Shown: piece after piece, positions 10,601 through 22,790 of the stretch
Layout: every line of letters starts with the position of its first letter
Numbering within the stretch: position 1 is the first letter of the stretch
Source: Vicugna vicugna
Lineage: Eukaryota
Reading direction: 5' to 3'
NCBI GenBank assembly: GCA_013265495.1
Contig: MU057560.1
Location: forward strand, 2,418,909 to 2,482,908
Length of the DNA stretch: 64,000 bases
Program-made: the position numbers and the translations under genes
The notes under the pieces: model-generated
The model's input: the letters and a program-made list of their open reading frames with translations, nothing else
Database searches by the model: none
What the model was told of the DNA's origin: nothing

Positions 10601-13344
10601 AGCCTTGCCGTGCAGGCGTCACCACCCTGCCCGCCGAGGCCAGTCCACACTCACTGCGTTGCATTTATTTTAGATACCATTGCAGTCAGCTGCATGGAAA
10701 CCCTGGAAGGTGATGAAACGGACACTTCATTAGCGAATAAATACGTGTTATTTTTGACTGTTTGTCCCCTGCTAGTGCTGTTTGGGGACGCTCCATCTGT
10801 CCAGCCTCACGGAGCAACAAGATGCTGTAGCTAAATGAACTTTGCAGATAACTGAAGTTTACCAATTTGAGCAGCAAAACTTAGACGCACACACACACCG
10901 TTTCGAATTTTAAATGAAAACGTTCCTAAGGTGAATGACGCACTTTCTTGTGTCCAGAGCAGGAGGCACGTGACTCGACCGTTCAGCGCTGACTCCGCCC
11001 CGTAGAGCCGAGCTGCTCTGGCCGGCGGCCGTGGCGCTGCGTCGGGCTGCCTCCCGCATGGAGCGGCCCAGACCTCTCCTGACCTCCGAGTTTGCTGTGG
11101 GATCCCGCTCGCAGCCCTCGCAACGAGCTGTTGGGGTGGTAGGTGTGTGGGTGATGTCCTTTCTTTATAAATAAAAACTATGTAGTGATGCGCGTTTCTC
11201 TAGTGGGAAATATCTTAAATTAAGTAAGTGCACCGTCTGGGAAACAGGAAACACGCGGTGGCGGAGCAGAGGCTGAGGGAGCGGCGTGGTCCTGGCCTCG
11301 AAGGATGACGGCGATGCTGAGAGGTGCAGGATCCAGGGGTGAATTCCCGTCAGAAGGATGGTGTGACGGAGGCACAGGGCCGTGCTCAGAGTGGGTTTCA
11401 GAGCCTCGAAGGTTAATCTCCATCCAGACGCCCCACTTGGCCCTTGACCTTGGGTAAGTCGCACCTTCCTCCACCAAAGCCAGCGGGCTCTGCCCTGCCC
11501 TGGGGGGGCGCCGGACGGGGAGGGCCTGGTGGCTCAGAGCTCCAGGCACTGAGGCCCACTGCAGACCCGCCAAGGCGGTGAGGACAGCGAGTGTGACGGT
11601 GTTATCCACGCGCTCAAGTAATGGTGTTAAATCTCGGGAGCACAGCCGGCGCACGCAGCGCTGAAGCTGAGAAATCTTTTAGCTCTTTCCCTTGGCCTTT
11701 AAGACTTCAGCATCGTAACTTCTGTATGTTCTAGCTTCTGGTGGGTTATACGCAGTCATCTCATCCAATACTTTGTATTCCTAAGTACCGTTTTAGTTCC
11801 TTTAAAGATGCTCCCCTGCTCCCAGCAGAACTGGAACACCTCGTTGTTTCTCCCCTTTCCCTTCCTGGTCAGTCCTGGTCTTTCTTCCTGGCCCTGGCCC
11901 CCCTCACAGCTTAGCCCACTGGGTCCTCTGTCACCTGGGAGGGTCCCTGGCGAGTGTGTGACATCTTGTGCCGGTGTCACGACAGACGAGGCCCTGCCCC
12001 CTGCTGCCACGGTCACCGGGGACGTGGAATGACGCTGTAAGCATTTTGTGTCCAGGTATGTTCTTCTGTTACATAGAAAAGTTTTACTGTGTTTTAGTTT
12101 TGCTTTGGAAACTCAATCAGGAGTTTTGGATCAACAAGTAACATCTTTTTTTTTTTAATAACTTAAAACAATTGGAAACAAACTTTTGGTTAGTGTTTTT
12201 ATACGAAGCTGGTTTTCAGAGCTCCGATACTGATGCTGGGTGGGAAACGCCTCTGTCTCACTGTCCTGTGTCGTGTCCGGGGCGAGCCAGGCTCCCACTG
12301 CCGGTGGCTTCCAAAGGCGGGTGAGTCTTACGCACCCTCACGTCCACTGCAGGTCAGTGGACGGGGGGGACAGGGTCTGCTTTGTACAGCTACTCAGGCT
12401 CCCAGGCTAAAGGGCCATTTGGGGTCACTTATCTTCCAAATGGGGCGCTCTTTGGCTTTCCTACCGTGTTCAACAAACCGCTCCGTACATTCAGTGGCTT
12501 CAAGTGGTTGGGATTTCTCGTGGGTCCTCCTGGGCTGAATGGCGAGTCGACGTTCATTTCAAGGATGCCCCGAGATGGGGCAGATGTCGCGGCCTCACTA
12601 CTGTGTCCGGCTGTCAGTCCTGTGTGTTGACTGGGTGACCCGCTGCTCTTCTGTCTCGTCTGTCCCTCTGGCCTGGGCTCCTCTGTGGCGTGGAGACCCA
12701 GGGCCGCAGATCGAGAGCAGAAGCCCCAGAATCCAGAGCCCACACACACCACTGCTGCCCTTACCCTGGTCGCGCCCAGCCTGGGTTCAAGGGGAGGGAA
12801 GCAGACCCACCTCTTGGAGGAAAGAGCGCCGAGAACTGTGGTGCGCTCCCCGGGCCGCCCCCTGCACGTCCGAGGACGGTAACGCTCAGGACAGAGGCCT
12901 GAACCAGCGGGACTAGGTCGCCCTGAACCTTGGGGCACAGCCTCTGAGGTCACGCTGCAGCGGACAGGGAGGCTTCTGTCCTGACGTTTCTGTTTCAGGC
13001 CAGAAGTGGTGTGTGTCGCTTGGTGATTGGCCAGGACAGGACTCGCGTCCCCATGGAATGACAAAGAGGAGAAGAAATATGACAACGTAGGTGGGGTTGG
13101 TGAGAAATACCGTCACTGTCGCACACACCCTGAGGTCACGGGGCCGCGCCCTTCTGCCCCGCTAACTTTCCAGCAGGATCTACAAACTCCTTCAGGTAAA
13201 ATCGATTCATGGGTAAGTGTTCGCCATAGCTCTAACCCCACCCTCTGTGCGTGGGCTCCGAGCGCCCTCGGTTTAATTCTGATTTCTTCTCTAAGCGTAT
13301 TTAGCTGGCACCACGGCGCTCACGGAATCCCGGGTTAATTTGAT

Positions 13345-13510
13345 TTGGATCCACTAGTTACAAAGTATGTTACTGAGGAAATCACCCACCTCCCCTTAAC
13401 TTCAATGTTCTTATTTTAAAAATGTAGGCAACCATTTTTATTTCCCACATTTTTTGTTTTTAGTATGAAAAAGGATAAATCCCACGAAAACAGTGCAAAG
13501 TGCAGGATCC
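13345..13510 (+). mobile_element. MIR SINE fragment (degenerate)
   Basis: CTTCAATGTTCTTATTTTAAAATGTAGG...TTTTTAGTATGAAAAAGGATAAAT follows the MIR 3' layout. Confidence 0.4.
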
Positions 13511-15462
13511 GATATGCATGTTCTTTTTATTATTTTATCAAGGGGAGTCTAATCTCTCAGCCCAAAGGACAGGTAGCATTGTGGACCGCAGGCACCTTGC
13601 ACAGACCGTGACCTGGGTGGTCAGATGGAGTGAGGGCTTTTAGAAAATGGGACAGAAGCGCACAACGGTGGGCGGGGAGACAGGGCCGCCTGAGCCCAGC
13701 GTCTCAGGGGTGAAGCAGTCACCCCCGTGGTCAGGCCCGGTGATTCCCGCCGCCTCTCCTCCCAGCTCCCAGACACGGCTCCCCCCCACCTCCGCCCGAG
13801 GTCTGGGGTGTCTGGACCGTGTCCACTGTCTCGCCCTCCTGGCCGCCTGGCGGCTTCCTCTCCCTCTGGGACCCGGGGTGCTGATGCCTCCCCTCCCTGC
13901 CGCTGCCGCCAAGGGTGCCGCCCTCCATGCGGACCCCAGGGACCCCAGGGTGGCCCCGGAGCAGCAGCTGCTGGCACCCGGACATGCTTTAGGGGTCTCC
14001 CCACTTTTGTTCTTACTCAATTCTAATTTCATCCCCCGAGGTTTTAGGGTGGGTCCTAGGGGCACGGCCCTAGGACAGCTGAGAGACAGCCCTTGTCCTG
14101 AGACCCAGGCCTGCCCCGACCCTGCCCATCTCCGCCCTGGTCGTCTTCCCAGGAGGCTTCTCTGTGCCTCAGGCAGCAAGACGCCAGGAAGGACAGCCTC
14201 TGTGGGGCCCGGGGCTCCCCCGGGCCTGCCAGCTCCTTAGGGTGCCTGCCTGCTGGCCTCCACCCAGGAGGCGTGACTTGCATTCGGTCGCCGGGTAAGC
14301 GCGCCCTGAGTTCTGCCTGAGCCGGGCGACTGGCCGGCAATGAGCTACGAGGCGGAGTGTGCCTTCCAGGGGCTTCTGTCCCACTGCAGAGACAGACTCG
14401 GTGTCCCCAGGTGCGATGATCTGCAGTGACGGTCCTCCGGGCGGCTTCCAGACAGGCCCCCGGGGGCTGTGTTTCCAGGTCTCAGCAGAAAACGTAGGGG
14501 AGCAGGGAAGATGGGTACCTCTGTGAGCTGACCTTTCTGCGTGAAGCACCTCTGACCCTCGAGCACCCCTGGTCACAGAGAGGCCACGTCACTCACGCTG
14601 CTTCCACCCCAGCGTGACGGGTGTTTTCACGTCCCTCGTTCGCGGTCGCAGAACTAGGCCCGAGAGCGAGGCTGGACCCCGGCAGCGGGCAGTGGGGAGC
14701 GTGGTTTGTTTGGTCTGTAGGCTGGTTTACTGTGTGATGAGCACCCCACGTCCCTGCAGACAAAGCAGCGTCTTCCAGCCGTTGGTGACACTACAGCGAC
14801 GCAAAACCGACCACGGGGGGGAGCCCCCCGCCCCCCGCCCGGGGAGCTGAGCCGCTTCCCCACGCCCCCGTCTTCCGGCGTGGACCCCCTGCCCAGGGCG
14901 CTGGGGCGAGGCCTCGTGTGGTCCCCAGGCCGGTCCTCTCAGAGGACAAGTCCGCTCTGCCTGCAGCTCAGGTGACTGTGAGCTCCAGGGAGCCTCTGGA
15001 CCCCGCCTCAGCTCAGAGTCTCCTGAGGTCCGAGCGAGCACGGCAGAGCTGAGGGCCTGGCGTCCCCGCTCGGCCTTCACCTCCGCGTTTTCACTGAAGA
15101 GGGAGATGCTGTGGGAGCGCGGTGGCGGCTGGACCAGTGACCAGCGGCCTGAGCCCTGCCACTCGGGTCTGGTGTGTCTCCTGCTCCGTGCACCCCCGCC
15201 AGGAAGCCGGTCTGATTCTCGAGAAGCTGCAGGGTCTGGGCTGGCGTCCGGCGCCTCAGGGACGCCTCAGGGCAGGGCCGTTTCTGTTGGAAGGACGCTG
15301 GTGTCAGTGGGGCGAGGCCTGACCTCAGAAGAGGGTCGGAGTGACAGGGCAGAGACAGACGCCCCTTTCACACTGAAGCACAAAACAAAACGAGGAGGCT
15401 GGCAGGCCGGGGAAACTAGTGAAAGGACGGAGCGGTGTGTGGGCTGTGTGCCCGCCTCCCCC

Positions 15463-15893
15463 TGTCTCGGGGAGGGACAGACCCAACTCCGCATTAGATC
15501 TGCTCCTTTACCTCTGACCCTGTGCTCTGCTTCCTGCGCTGTCAGGCTGGGTCTGCACCTTTTGTAAAAGAATGCCGCCGGTAGCTGGAAATACACAGGA
15601 GAGCCCCTTCTCAAGGCTCTGACCTTGACGGGTGTAACACTTTCTCATTCGTATAAAGATAAAAAGTTGCAGATCAGAGAATAACATTTGTCTTGCTGGA
15701 GGTTTATAGGAAATCGTGACCTGCCCCCTCCCCTTTTTAGTATTAAAGGAGCCTGAATTCTGACTTGAGGAAGATGGTTCTCCAGGACGTCAGCCCCCCG
15801 TCTTCTCAGTCTGCCGGCTCTCTGAATGAAGTTGTTGTTCCTTCCCCAACATCTCGTCTCCCGGTTTACTGGCCTGTCGTGTGGACTCGCCGT
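15463..15893 (+). mobile_element. ERV (class I-type) solo LTR, degenerate GC-shifted copy
   Basis: Colinear with 61115-61620 through shared blocks CATTAGATCTG, TCTGCACCTTTTGTAAAAGAATG, CCCCTTTTTAGTAT.AAAGGAGCCT.AATTCTGACTTG and AAGATGGTTCTCCAGGAC. It starts with TG and has a possible CCCC TSD. Confidence 0.85.
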
Positions 15894-17039
15894 CCCCAGC
15901 TGGGCCCCCCAGTGGCTCCGCCGCATGTGCCCCGGGAGGCCCCCCTCCCCTCAAATCCCATTTTCTTGCTTCTCCTTATCACAGAGGTCACAGAGTGACT
16001 TCAAAAAAAACCCTTCACAAGTCCTGCAGGGACGCTGGGAGGGAAGGATTACAGGTTAAAAATAGTCAAGTTCCCAAAGTGCTGGGTTTCCCCCCGAGGG
16101 ACGTGTGCTCTGGGGGGCGCCTGCTCCTATGCTGGCCTGCCACTGCCCGCCCCCGCCAACGGCCAGTCCACCCAGACCGGGCTCTCTCCCTATGGGACCT
16201 CGTGCTGACACCCGCGTCACCCTGTGACTTCCAGATCCTCTGTAACTCCCCAGCCCCCGGCCCAGGGCTGGCCTCGCCCCGACCTCCCGCTCAGGCGCAG
16301 CACAACCAGAAGTCAGTGTTTCCCCCTAGATGGCATTTCCAGGACCTTCCCCTGGGGTCCAGTTTCCTGCCTGAGAGAAGCACCCTGGTCACAAGCGACG
16401 GCCACGGGCGGCGGCGTGACCCGTTCTCTAAACCCGCCAATTCCAGGCGGTCTCTGGGGCAATAAGAAACGGTCCAGGGGCAAGGTGGCCCCATGGCCAT
16501 CCTCCCTGCAAGGCTGCGGGATGAGGGTGCACCCCCACCCCGAGCACGCCAGGGCTGCCGGTGCCCCCTGCGGCCAAGGGGTCAACCAGGCTGCAGTGTT
16601 TGTCCATCTAGCTCCTTTCATTTGTTTTCTTTTCTGAGTTTGGTAACTCGGTTTAATCCAGGTTCTTGAGATGGCAGGACCTCAGAGGTCCAGCGCTGAC
16701 AGACGTGCGGTGTGAGGGCAGGCATGTCCGGCACGCAGCGTGCCGAGACCGCGCGCCCGGCCACCGGCCCCCAGGAGGAGCCGGCCCACCTGTCCTCAGA
16801 CCCCCCTCCTAGGGCCTCTGGCCGCGCACCGGCCCCCGCACTGGCTGCCCCCCTCTTCCCTGCGCTGGGCTCCTCCTTCTCCGGTGCTCGCAGGGGCAGG
16901 CTGGTGCTGGGCCCTCACACTGGACACTGAGGTCAGCTGCACACTGAGCCACCCCAAACTCAGTGACCAAAGGCAACGGCTCAGGGTTCACTTCCTCGTA
17001 TGTTCCTGGGAGGCTGGGCCCAGCCAGGTGTCCTCGATG

Positions 17040-17560
17040 TTCAAACGAGCAGCTACTGAGCGTTTCCCGCGAGGTTCCCGGTGCCAAGGGTCGTAAGTTT
17101 GCAAAGGTGAGGACACGGCTCCCTGCTCTTCACGCACTCACAGCGCAGGGAGAGGAGGACCAGTGAGCGTGATCTCAAGTCAGTTCTCTGGCATCGGAGA
17201 TTTTGCTTTAGGGAAATAGAGGAGGGCGGGTGGGGGGCAGCGTTTGGAAGTGCGGGGGGTCAGCTGGATCGGTGACGTGCTGGCCCGTCAGAGTGAGAAC
17301 CACTGTGATGTCCTCACCTGGGCTCCGAGGGGGATTCGGAAATGAGGGGGGGCCCCAGGGAGGAGTTGAGGAGACACCATTAGCAGGGACGGGGCATGTG
17401 GTCAAAGAGCGACCAGGAGGGGTGTTGTGGCTGGAGAGGGCAAAGTCAGAGGGCTGTCCAGGGCAGGTGATGGAGTCTGTGTCCGTTGCAAAACCTTGGT
17501 CTTGCATTCAGAGGGCAATGGGGCTCTCTGGGGGCTTGACTGCGTGGGGAGCCGTCCGTG
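17040..17560 (-). mobile_element. L2 LINE fragments (degenerate)
   Basis: CAGCTACTGAGCGTTTCC...GGACACGGCTCCCTGCTCTTCACGCACTCACAG and TTGGTCTTGCATTCAGAGGGCAATGGGG resemble antisense L2 3' motifs. Confidence 0.45.
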
Positions 17561-20500
17561 GAAGACAGAGCCTGACGGACTGACATCGGCCGGGAGCTCC
17601 GGGTGGCCATCCAGGTGTGAGGTCAGGAGATTCGGACAAGGGGTGAGGCCCAGAGGCAGTGAGCAGAGAGCTGGCTGGGTGTGTTTTAGTGGTCCGCCCC
17701 CCGTGATGTGGGTGTGGCTCGGGAGGCTTCCCGAGCAGCGGGGAAGAGGCCACCATCGGGGAAGGGGAGTGCAGAGTCCACTTGTGGAAACTTGGGGCCT
17801 GGAGTGTTTGAGATGCTGTGCGAGGAAGCTCCCAGGGCCCGGCCAGACCGGGGCACTGACTCCTGCGCGACCCTGAGTGGGGCCGGCAGCCACGTCTGCT
17901 GGGTGGGAAGAGCCGGGCTCAGAGTGCAGGCCCTGCCCCGGGGCTCCCCTCCTGGTCGGGGGAGGAGTCGTGGACACCCGGGGGCGAGGAAGGAACCGTG
18001 ACTGCCCACATTGATGGCTGACGTCCCAGCAGGATGGTGGTGGTGACACTCTCAGGTTCTCGGAAGTCAGGCGATGGCGACTGTGCGAGGAGACGGGCAG
18101 ACGCGCGCTTTCAGGATGTCCGTCAGGAGCTCATGGAGAGGATGGTTTGATGGTGCGGGGACCTCGTACATCGCGAGGTCCCCTGTCAGAAACACAGTCC
18201 TGGGGCGACTCCCAAGGGCACTCAGCTGTGTGGACAGCCCGGTCCGGGGGAAGGTCCCACCCCACGCACACCGCCCTCCTGCTGCCTGCGCCCCGAGTCT
18301 GTGACTGGGGCCCCCTCGGGGGGTTCCAGCGGGCGGCCAGGTGGCTCTTCCCGATTGTCCTGAGACAGACTCTCATCTCCCCCGAGGAGCAGGTGGCCAT
18401 TTGCTGAAAGGGAAGTCTCCTCTGATGTGGCTCCTGTTGTGGGTCCAAGGCCCGTGGGGCCTTAGGGACCCGGGCGTTCGCGTTGGCGGGGTGAGCTCGT
18501 CCCCAGTTCCCTTCCTCGGTGGCCCTGTCAGCGTCTCTGCATTAACAAAAACCACTGGACAGGCACCGTCTCTCGACAACCTCCCTCTTCTTGCTCCCAA
18601 ATTCTATTTAAATATGTCAAACAGACTCTGGGGAAACGAAACGCCGCTTCCAGCAGAGAGAGGAAATCCACGGCAAACCACGTTTTCTGTGCTTCGAGCC
18701 CGACTGGAAGCGCCAGCATAGCGAGCGAGGTCCCCCGTGAAGCGGAGGGACCAGGGGCCCCCGACACGTGCAGGCGTCTCTCTGCCGGCTCGGGGCCCTG
18801 CTCCCCCCGGGACGGGCAGGAGGGCTCAGAGGCTCCACTCAGGGGAGAGCCGTCCAGCCCCTCTAACGAAGGCAGCGGCAGGATGCAGGCTGGACGCTGC
18901 GGCTCAGTGAGCGGCAGGGGCCTGGGCCGCGAGAGCCGCCGTGAGCCCAGCCGTTAGCGGAAGGAGGGGGGAGGTGGAGTCAGGGCGCTGACCGTGCTGT
19001 CCCGGCCCAAGCAAGCCCGGGGTGGGTGCAGACACGCCTGCAAGGAGGCACAAAGATGGACGAGATGGGACGTGCTCCTGGGAAGGGGCCAAGCGGAGAG
19101 GAAGGTGACAGGCTCAGGGTTTGCGCAGGCCATGCAGGAGGCGGGGCTCCAGGCGCCGCTTCTCCTCTGACATCTGGTCGACCCCTCCGTTGCCCTCTGG
19201 GTGGCGTGGGTTCCCTGGAGGGGTGGAGTCCTTAGCATGTCCCTGGATGCCAAGGGCCCAGCTGCCTCCCTATGTCCCTCGGGGCCTATGGCAAACAGAT
19301 GACATACGACATTAAGACGGCTTAAGGCCTGTTTAACCAAGGGTCCATCTGGAAAGGTAGGGGCAGGGATACAGGCGACAATGGTTTACTGACCACAGGG
19401 CTGGTCAAGGCACTTGGTCACCACTGTCAGGCCTGGAGGGACCACGGGAGGGAGCAGGTATCAGAACCAGAGGGTCACGCAGAGAAGGTGACCGCTGGCC
19501 AGTGGGGAAGGGGAAGCGTCCATGGAGACCTTGCATGGTGAAGCTGGGGACAAAGGCCCTCTTCCCCCTCGCTCCCCACAGCCTCCTGCCAGGGCTCCCC
19601 GCTGGTCAGACCTAAGGAGGGGGTGGAGAACAAGGGAGCCCATGGCTGCCATCCATGCCGTCAGCCTCGCAGGCCGAGCGCCAGCGGGGAGGGGGCGGTG
19701 CCATGAGACCGGGGCCCGGCTCAGACCTGCTCGCACTGCCTGCGTCCGTCTGAGCGAGTCACCTCTTCTCCGCGAGCTCCACAAGCCGCACCTGCAAGAG
19801 TAGATGCTGCTGCCCTGGGGACCCTGAGGGCCGCACGGGGCCGTGCACTCCCAGTGCTGGGCACATCGGCCTGAGCTCTGTCACCCTCCCGCTGCGCTGC
19901 GGCCCCCGGCTGCACCCTGTCAAGCGGCAGCACTGTGACCCTCCGGGAGGGGGGCGTCAGGGAAGGAGAGGCCCCGGCTCCTGAGATGAAGCCCTCTAGT
20001 CCGTGCCCAGAGCACTTCCGACTCCCCGCTCCCCAGGCACTGGGGCGGGAGGGGTGCACCCCTGTGCAGCTGGGGGCATGGAGACTCAAAGTGGCCAAGC
20101 GAATGTCCCCGGGCCACACAGCTTGTGAGCAGTGACTCAGCCGTTGATCCGATTCTGCTTCTGTGAACCGTTTTTCTCCACTTGATTAAAAGTGGTAAAT
20201 AAGTTAGAATCTGAAAATGCGCAGCAAAGGAGGAAGCCAGTGCTGCAGGAGGCAGCAGCCACAGCAACGCTGTGTCAGGGTCCCAAGGCACCTGCTCCGC
20301 CAGGGACGGCAGGAGTGAGTGGCGTCCCGGGAGCACGTAACCTCAGCGCTGGCAAGGCCGAGCCTCCCTCGTGACCTGCTTTCTTCCCAGAACCGGTGTG
20401 ACTGTCCTTTGAAATATGCATCAGATTTCCAAGCATGTTCCCAGCCATCCCTCTCCTGGACGCCTGGCGCGGCTGGCAGGCAAATCAATTGGTCCAGCAT

Positions 20501-20960
20501 CTCCGCCGTCCAAGACACAGAGCTGAGCTGACATCTTCCAGTGAAGCCCCAGAGCTTCGAGCCTGGGCACCTGGGTCTGTTCAATGCAGAGCAACAGGCA
20601 GGCGTGGGGACGGCTGTCAGCCGAGCAGTGAAAAGGGACAAGCAGCTATGTCAAAAATGACACGCCAGCTTCTGCTGGTCTTGCAAAAGATATCTGCCGT
20701 GATGTGACTGCGGCTGACAGCCAGCAACAGAAGTGGCTGGTTTCTGTGCTGGATTGAAATTCATCCAGCTCCCTGCGTTCACAGCGATGACTTCCAATGC
20801 TCATTCTCAGCGAGCCAGGCATGAAATATATTCACAGGCGCTACGCGGGTAGGGCCCTTTGGAGTTATTTGAGGTACCTGTGATGGAAACATCTGTGCCA
20901 CTTGCTCCTGTGCATTTGTGTTCCCTCGGTTTCAATTATGCAGTCAAAGAATCTTTGGGC

Positions 20961-21061
20961 AAGAGAAGGGGAGAGAGGGGGGTGGCAGGAGAGAGAGAGA
21001 GAAAAGGAAAGGGAGAGAGAGAGAGAGGGAGGGAGAGGGAGGGAGAGGGAGGGAGGGAGAG
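20961..21061. repeat. GA-rich simple repeat
   Basis: Mixed (GA)n/(GGGA)n tract, seen directly. Confidence 0.9.
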
Positions 21062-22374
21062 GCCGCTGCTGTGGCTCTCTCCTCCTTGGGAGAGTGGGTG
21101 CCCGGTCAGATGTCTGAACAGGGCGGGTGGAAGCAGAGGGAGGCACACTTTCATCTTCTGCAAGGACACAGGGATGCTCTCGCTTGATGCAAATGAGGTT
21201 GATCTAAAAGCATCTCCCCGTGTCCTGCCAAGCTTCCTGGGGCCGCCTAACCGTTCTCTTGGTGTGACAAGTAAAGGGCGAGTTTGCCGAGAGCACATCT
21301 GTGAGCAGCAGTAATTGAGAGGGACGCCCGCAGCCGTGGGGTGGGGAGGGGGCCGCAGGTGGAGGAAAACACATGCTGGGGCTGGGGCCGGGGCTGTGCG
21401 TGTGCGCGTGCACGCTCGTGTGCACACGTGTGTAACTTCCCATTTCCTCACCACCCGTGTTTCTAGCTCCATAGCCTTGGGGAGGCCCATCTCCCCATTT
21501 GTTCTCTTGTGGGGAAGCACAGTGTGTGTGGGAGACAGAGAAGGGCCAAGGGTCACACCACGGGCAGAAGTGGTCCCCCAGAAACTGGCTGGAAAAGCCC
21601 GTCATCCCTCTTGCCCTCGGGGGCTGCTCCCCTCCCCCCACGCCGGCGAGCTGGTGGGTCTCAGCTCTCAGGGGTCCGGGTGCGGCTGGGGCACCGCTGG
21701 CTCCCTGTCCTCTCTCTGGGGCTGCAGAGAGCACTGTTGGCTTTGCCCATCGGCAGACACACCCGTCCACTCTCAGCTCTTGAATCTAATAGCTAATAGC
21801 TTTGCAAGAAACATCCATCAATTCCTGGAGCCGCCTTAGACGCCTGCTTGTTGTGGGAAATGTGGGAAGTCTGGTCCTGGTCGCTCCCATGGCAAGGAAG
21901 GCTGCCAGCCAGACACGGGGAGGCAGAGGCTGTCGCCCTGGGGTTCTGGACCCCTGGGTCCCCTTTCAGCCACTTCCCCGGAGGTGGGGTATCGACTTCC
22001 ACTCGGGGGGGAGGATGACGGCTGTCCCATGGATGAGGGAGGAAGGGCTGAACGTTTAGCCACACGTCCGGGAGCAGCAAGGTCCGGGCTCGGCAGGTCT
22101 CCAGGCAGGTGCTACCCGTCCCGCGGGCACCCCCACTCTGCCCTCTGAGCCGCCAGCCAGCCTCCATCTGCCCCACGCCTGCCCCCTCGTCCACCTGCCC
22201 CGCACCTTAATCTCTGCACTCCTGGCCTTCGGCTTCCGCCCACGTCCACCCGCGGGCGGCTCCAAGAGGGATCACGGCCCGGAGTGAGGTGGGGGTGTTG
22301 GCGCCTCCCTGCGGGGTTTCCACTGCCTGGCCATGTGCGTCAACCCTGGGCCCAGCTCTGGCCAGCGTCTCGTA

Positions 22375-22790
22375 GCCTCTCTTTGTTACTTCCCCGGTGG
22401 CTGTGACGTGTGACCACAAACCTGTCTTACCATCTGGAGGCCGTGGTGTGAAAGCAGTGCCTGTGGGGCTGTGTTCCTCCGGGAGGCTCGGGGAGGAGCT
22501 GTCTCCTGGCCTTTCCCAGCTCCTGGAGGCGCCCGCATTCCTCGGCTTGTGGCCCCTCCCTCCATCTTCAGATCCTTCTCCCGCTCTCTGTCTCTTTCGC
22601 CTCTGCCTCCGTCCTCACCTCCTCTGCTCTGCCTCTGATCCCCTGCTGCCCCCCCACGAGGACCTGGGGATGAGGCTGGGTCACCAGGTCATGCAGGCTC
22701 CTGTCCCATCTCGGCATCCTGCAGAGCCCCATTGGCCACATAAGGTACCACACTGCAGGTCCTGGGGATCAGGCGGGGGAGGCGTTGGGC
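22375..22790 (-). mobile_element. MaLR LTR (MLT1C/D-like)
   Basis: GGGCTGTGTTCCTCCGGGAGGCTCGGGGAGG...CCTTTCCCAGCTCCTGGAGGCGCCCGCATTCCTCGGCTTGTGGCCCCTCCCTCCATCTTCA...GCCACATAAGGTACCACACTGCAGGTCCTGGGGATCAGG is typical antisense MLT1. Confidence 0.85.

Noticed and set aside
12382..12630. Protein-like translations on both strands (YSGSQAKGPFGVTYLPNG.. / MNVDSPFSPGGPTRNPNH..)
   Set aside because: No family recognised and no matched acceptor/donor pair, so it cannot be supported without a search.
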